From a virus (lineage: Duplodnaviria > Heunggongvirae > Uroviricota > Caudoviricetes): a stretch of DNA of 11,412 bases. The stretch lies in IMG/VR virus record IMGVR_UViG_2734482594_000005. The stretch is one strand, 5' to 3'. The notes under the pieces were generated by a model. It saw only the letters and a list, made by a program, of their open reading frames with translations. It ran no database searches and had not been told where the DNA came from. Below, one piece after another: positions 7,636 to 11,412 of this stretch (positions are counted from its first letter, which is position 1; the number at the start of each line of letters is the position of its first letter). The translations under genes and the position numbers were made by a program.

Positions 7636-10600
7636 ATGGGTAAAGGCAGCAGTAAGGGGCATACCCCGCGCGAAGCGAAGGACAACCTGAAATCCACGCA
7701 GCTGCTGAGTGTGATTGATGCCATCAGCGAAGGGCCGATTGAAGGTCCGGTGGATGGATTAAAAAGCGTGCTGCTGAACAGTACGCCGGTGCTGGACAGT
7801 GAGGGGAATACCAATATATCCGGCGTCACGGTGGTGTTCCGGGCAGGTGAGCAGGAGCAGACTCCGCCGGAGGGGTTTGAATCCTCCGGCTCCGAGACGG
7901 TGCTGGGTACGGAAGTGAAATATGACACGCCGATCACCCGTACCATTACGTCGGCAAACATCGACCGTCTGCGCTTTACCTTCGGTGTACAGGCACTGGT
8001 GGAAACCACCTCAAAGGGTGACAGGAATCCGTCGGAAGTCCGCCTGCTGGTTCAGATACAGCGTAACGGTGGCTGGGTGACGGAAAAAGACATCACCATT
8101 AAGGGCAAAACCACCTCGCAGTATCTGGCCTCGGTGATGGTGGATAACCTGCCTCCGCGCCCGTTCAATATCCGGATGCGCAGGATGACACCGGACAGCA
8201 CTACAGACCAGCTGCAGAACAAAACGCTCTGGTCGTCATACACAGAAATCATCGATGTGAAACAGTGCTACCCGAACACGGCACTGGTCGGCGTGCAGGT
8301 GGACTCGGAGCAGTTCGGCAGCCAGCAGGTGAGCCGTAATTATCATCTTCGCGGGCGCATTCTGCAGGTGCCGTCGAACTATAACCCGCAGACGCGGCAA
8401 TACAGCGGTATCTGGGACGGAACGTTAAAACCGGCATACAGCAACAACCCGGCCTGGTGTCTGTGGGATATGCTGACCCATCCGCGCTACGGCATGGGGA
8501 AACGTCTTGGTGCGGCGGATGTGGATAAATGGGCGCTGTATGTCATCGGCCAGTACTGCGACCAGTCGGTGCCGGACGGCTTTGGCGGCACGGAGCCGCG
8601 CATCACCTGTAATGCCTGGCTGACCACGCAGCGCAAGGCGTGGGATGTGCTCAGTGATTTCTGCTCGGCGATGCGCTGTATGCCGGTATGGAACGGGCAG
8701 ACGCTGACGTTCGTGCAGGACCGACCGTCGGATAAGGTGTGGACCTATAACCGCAGTAATGTGGTGATGCCGGATGATGGCGCGCCGTTCCGCTACAGCT
8801 TCAGCGCCCTGAAAGACCGCCATAATGCCGTTGAGGTGAACTGGATTGACCCGGATAACGGCTGGGAGACGGCGACAGAGCTTGTGGAGGATACGCAGGC
8901 CATTGCCCGTTACGGTCGTAACGTCACGAAGATGGATGCTTTTGGCTGTACCAGCCGGGGGCAGGCACACCGCGCCGGGCTGTGGCTGATTAAAACGGAG
9001 CTGCTGGAAACGCAGACCGTGGACTTCAGCGTGGGTGCTGAAGGGCTTCGCCATGTACCGGGCGATGTCATTGAAATCTGCGATGATGACTATGCCGGTA
9101 TCAGCAACGGTGGTCGTGTGCTGGCGGTGAACAGCCAGACCCGGACGCTGACGCTCGATCGTGAAATCACGCTGCCATCCTCCGGTACCACGCTGATAAG
9201 CCTGGTTGACGGAAGTGGCAATCCGGTCAGCGTGGAGGTTCAGTCCGTCACCGACGGCGTGAAGGTGAAAGTGAGCCGTGTTCCTGACGGCGTTGCTGAA
9301 TACAGCGTGTGGGGGCTGAAGCTGCCGACGCTGCGCCAGCGCCTGTTCCGCTGCGTGAGTATCCGTGAGAACGACGACGGCACGTATGCCATCACCGCCG
9401 TGCAGCATGTGCCGGAAAAAGAAGCCATCGTGGATAACGGGGCGCACTTTGACGGCGACCAGAGCGGCACGGTGAATGGTGTCACGCCGCCAGCAGTGCA
9501 GCATCTGACCGCCGAAGTCTCCGCAGACAGCGGGGAATATCAGGTACTGGCCCGCTGGGACACGCCGAAGGTGGTGAAGGGCGTGAGCTTCCTGCTCCGT
9601 CTGACCGTAACAGCGGATGACGGCAGTGAGCGGCTGGTCAGCACGGTCCGGACGACGGAAACCACATACCGCTTCAGGCAGCTGGCGCTGGGGCGTTACA
9701 CGCTGACGGTCCGGGCGGCAAATGCGTGGGGGCAGCAGGGCGATCCGGCATCGGTATCGTTCCGGATTGCCGCACCTGCAGCGCCTGTCACTATTGAACT
9801 GATACCAGGGTATTTTCAGATAACAGCGGTCCCGAAACTGGCTGTATATGACCCGACGGTGCAGTTTGAGTTCTGGTTCTCGGAAAAGCGGATTGCTGAT
9901 ATCAGGCAGGTTGAAACCACAGCCCGCTATCTTGGCACGGCGCTGTACTGGATAGCTGCCAGTAGCAATATTAAGCCGGGTTATGATTATTACTTTTATA
10001 TCCGCAGCGTGAATACCGTTGGTAAATCGGCATTTGTGGAGGCCGTCGGTCGGGCGAGCGATGATGCGGAAGGTTATCTGAATTTTTATAAAGGGTTGAT
10101 CAATAAAACGCATCTCGGCAAGGAGCTACTGGAAAACTTTGAGCTGACGGAAGATAACGCCAGCAAACTGGAGCAGTTTTCGAAAGAGTGGAAGGACGCC
10201 AACGATAAGTGGAATGCCATGTGGGGCGTCAAAATTGAGCAGACCAAAGACGGCAAACATTATGTCGCGGGTATTGGCCTCAGCATGGAGGACACGGAGG
10301 AAGGCAAACTGAGCCAGTTCCTGGTTGCCGCTAACCGTATCGCGTTTATTGATCCGTCTAATGGCAACACAAGACCAATGTTTGTTGGTCAGGGCGATCA
10401 GATATTCATGAACGACGTGTTCCTGAAACGCCTGACGGCTCCGACCATTACCAGCGGCGGTAATCCTCCGGCATTTTCCCTGACACCGGACGGGCGGCTG
10501 ACGGCGAAAAATGCCGATATCAGCGGTAACGTGAATGCGAACTCCGGGACGCTCAACAACGTCACGATTAACGAGAACTGTCGGGTTCTGGGAAAACTGT

Positions 10601-11031
10601 CCGCGAACCAGATTGAAGGCGATCTCGTTAAAACAGTGGGCAAAGCTTTCCCCCGGGACTCCCGTGCACCGGAACGGTGGCCATCAGGGACCATTACCGT
10701 CAGGGTTTATGACGATCAGCCGTTTGACCGGCAGATTGTTATTCCGGCGGTGGCATTCAGCGGCGCTAAACATGAGAGAGAGCATACTGATATTTACTCC
10801 TCATGCCGTCTGATAGTGCGGAAAAACGGTGCTGAAATTTATAACCGTACCGCGCTGGATAATACGCTGATTTACAGTGGCGTTATTGATATGCCTGCCG
10901 GTCACGGTCACATGACGCTGGAGTTTTCGGTGTCAGCATGGCTGGTAAATGACTGGTATCCCACAGCAAGTATCAGCGATTTGCTGGTTGTGGTGATGAA
11001 GAAAGCCACCGCAGGCATCAGTATCAGCTGA
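7636..11031 (+). CDS. J: Host specificity / central tail fibre protein J (gpJ-like), 1131 aa
   Basis: ATG at 7636 with a GGAG upstream. [54 protein letters not shown]... and most of the length are near-identical to lambda gpJ as I recall it. The size matches (lambda J is 1132 aa). The last ~150 aa diverge. TGA at 11029-11031. Confidence 0.95.
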   Translation: MGKGSSKGHTPREAKDNLKSTQLLSVIDAISEGPIEGPVDGLKSVLLNSTPVLDSEGNTNISGVTVVFRAGEQEQTPPEGFESSGSETVLGTEVKYDTPITRTITSANIDRLRFTFGVQALVETTSKGDRNPSEVRLLVQIQRNGGWVTEKDITIKGKTTSQYLASVMVDNLPPRPFNIRMRRMTPDSTTDQLQNKTLWSSYTEIIDVKQCYPNTALVGVQVDSEQFGSQQVSRNYHLRGRILQVPSNYNPQTRQYSGIWDGTLKPAYSNNPAWCLWDMLTHPRYGMGKRLGAADVDKWALYVIGQYCDQSVPDGFGGTEPRITCNAWLTTQRKAWDVLSDFCSAMRCMPVWNGQTLTFVQDRPSDKVWTYNRSNVVMPDDGAPFRYSFSALKDRHNAVEVNWIDPDNGWETATELVEDTQAIARYGRNVTKMDAFGCTSRGQAHRAGLWLIKTELLETQTVDFSVGAEGLRHVPGDVIEICDDDYAGISNGGRVLAVNSQTRTLTLDREITLPSSGTTLISLVDGSGNPVSVEVQSVTDGVKVKVSRVPDGVAEYSVWGLKLPTLRQRLFRCVSIRENDDGTYAITAVQHVPEKEAIVDNGAHFDGDQSGTVNGVTPPAVQHLTAEVSADSGEYQVLARWDTPKVVKGVSFLLRLTVTADDGSERLVSTVRTTETTYRFRQLALGRYTLTVRAANAWGQQGDPASVSFRIAAPAAPVTIELIPGYFQITAVPKLAVYDPTVQFEFWFSEKRIADIRQVETTARYLGTALYWIAASSNIKPGYDYYFYIRSVNTVGKSAFVEAVGRASDDAEGYLNFYKGLINKTHLGKELLENFELTEDNASKLEQFSKEWKDANDKWNAMWGVKIEQTKDGKHYVAGIGLSMEDTEEGKLSQFLVAANRIAFIDPSNGNTRPMFVGQGDQIFMNDVFLKRLTAPTITSGGNPPAFSLTPDGRLTAKNADISGNVNANSGTLNNVTINENCRVLGKLSANQIEGDLVKTVGKAFPRDSRAPERWPSGTITVRVYDDQPFDRQIVIPAVAFSGAKHEREHTDIYSSCRLIVRKNGAEIYNRTALDNTLIYSGVIDMPAGHGHMTLEFSVSAWLVNDWYPTASISDLLVVVMKKATAGISIS

Positions 11032-11050
11032 ATTTTATAACCCATATACG

Positions 11051-11077
11051 GGCGCCAGAAATGGCGCCTTTTTTATT
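11051..11077 (+). terminator. Rho-independent terminator downstream of J
   Basis: ggcgcca-gaaa-tggcgcc is a 7-bp GC-rich stem with a GAAA tetraloop, immediately followed by ttttttatt. Confidence 0.55.
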
Positions 11078-11098
11078 GCAGAAAAGCGAGAGGTAATT

Positions 11099-11412
11099 AT
11101 GCGTAAAGTTTGTGCAGCCATTTTGTCCGCAGCCATCTGTCTGGCCGTATCCGGTGCGCCTGCATGGGCGTCTGAGCAGCAGGCCACGCTGAGCGCGGGG
11201 TATCTTCATGCCTCGACGAACGTTCCCGGCAGCGATGATCTGAACGGGATTAACGTGAAATACCGTTATGAATTTACGGACACGCTGGGGCTGGTGACGT
11301 CATTCAGCTATGCAGGAGACAAGAATCGCCAGCTTACCCGTTACAGCGATACCCGCTGGCATGAAGATTCCGTGCGTAACCGCTGGTTCAGCGTGATGGC
11401 GGGGCCGTCTGT
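11099..11412 (+). CDS. lom: Lom/Ail/PagC-family outer membrane protein (lom-like), 3'-truncated by the window edge
   Basis: ATG at 11099 with GAGAGG 7 nt upstream. A signal peptide [24 protein letters not shown] is followed by [12 protein letters not shown]...RWFSVMAGP, which aligns with lambda Lom ([12 protein letters not shown]...RYVSVMAGP). The frame is open to the end of the window and the gene sits directly after J, as in lambda. Confidence 0.8.

Noticed and set aside
8425-10113. 562-aa ORF on the minus strand, entirely inside J
   Set aside because: It is antisense to a highly conserved, clearly coding J region. Its Arg/His/Pro-rich low-complexity translation is typical of a shadow ORF in GC-rich coding DNA. 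No start context or recognisable motif was seen.
10398-10813. ORFs 10398-10694 (minus) and 10535-10813 (plus, alternate frame) inside the J 3' region
   Set aside because: Embedded in the J coding frame with no start context. The divergent J C-terminus is more simply explained as a receptor-binding domain swap than as an overlapping gene.

Overview
This window is the tail-morphogenesis module of a lambda-like (lambdoid, siphovirus-type) prophage or phage, all on the + strand in the canonical order: major tail protein (3' part) - G - T (reached by a -1 frameshift from G) - tape measure H - M - L - [extra partial L copy] - K - I - J - lom (5' part). Gene geometry matches phage lambda as I recall it: H/M and M/L start-stop overlaps, a 5-nt gap before K, a 103-nt K/I overlap, and a terminator then lom after J. 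About 2.2 kb is masked as N in eight blocks (280-552, 1073-1334, 1871-2130, 2507-2790, 2901-3162, 3364-3631, 3753-4027, 5654-5951), so several gene ends and one key junction cannot be read. I see no CRISPR array, tRNA, rRNA, IS element or recognisable defence system. The most unusual feature is a diverged, out-of-frame second copy of the 3' half of gene L between L and K, adding 586 bp relative to the lambda layout. Secondary points are a divergent C-terminal (receptor-binding) end of J, a lom-family outer-membrane cargo gene, and tape-measure reading-frame inconsistencies across three masked blocks. All homology statements rest on my recollection of lambda proteins and on motifs read by eye; no searches were run.
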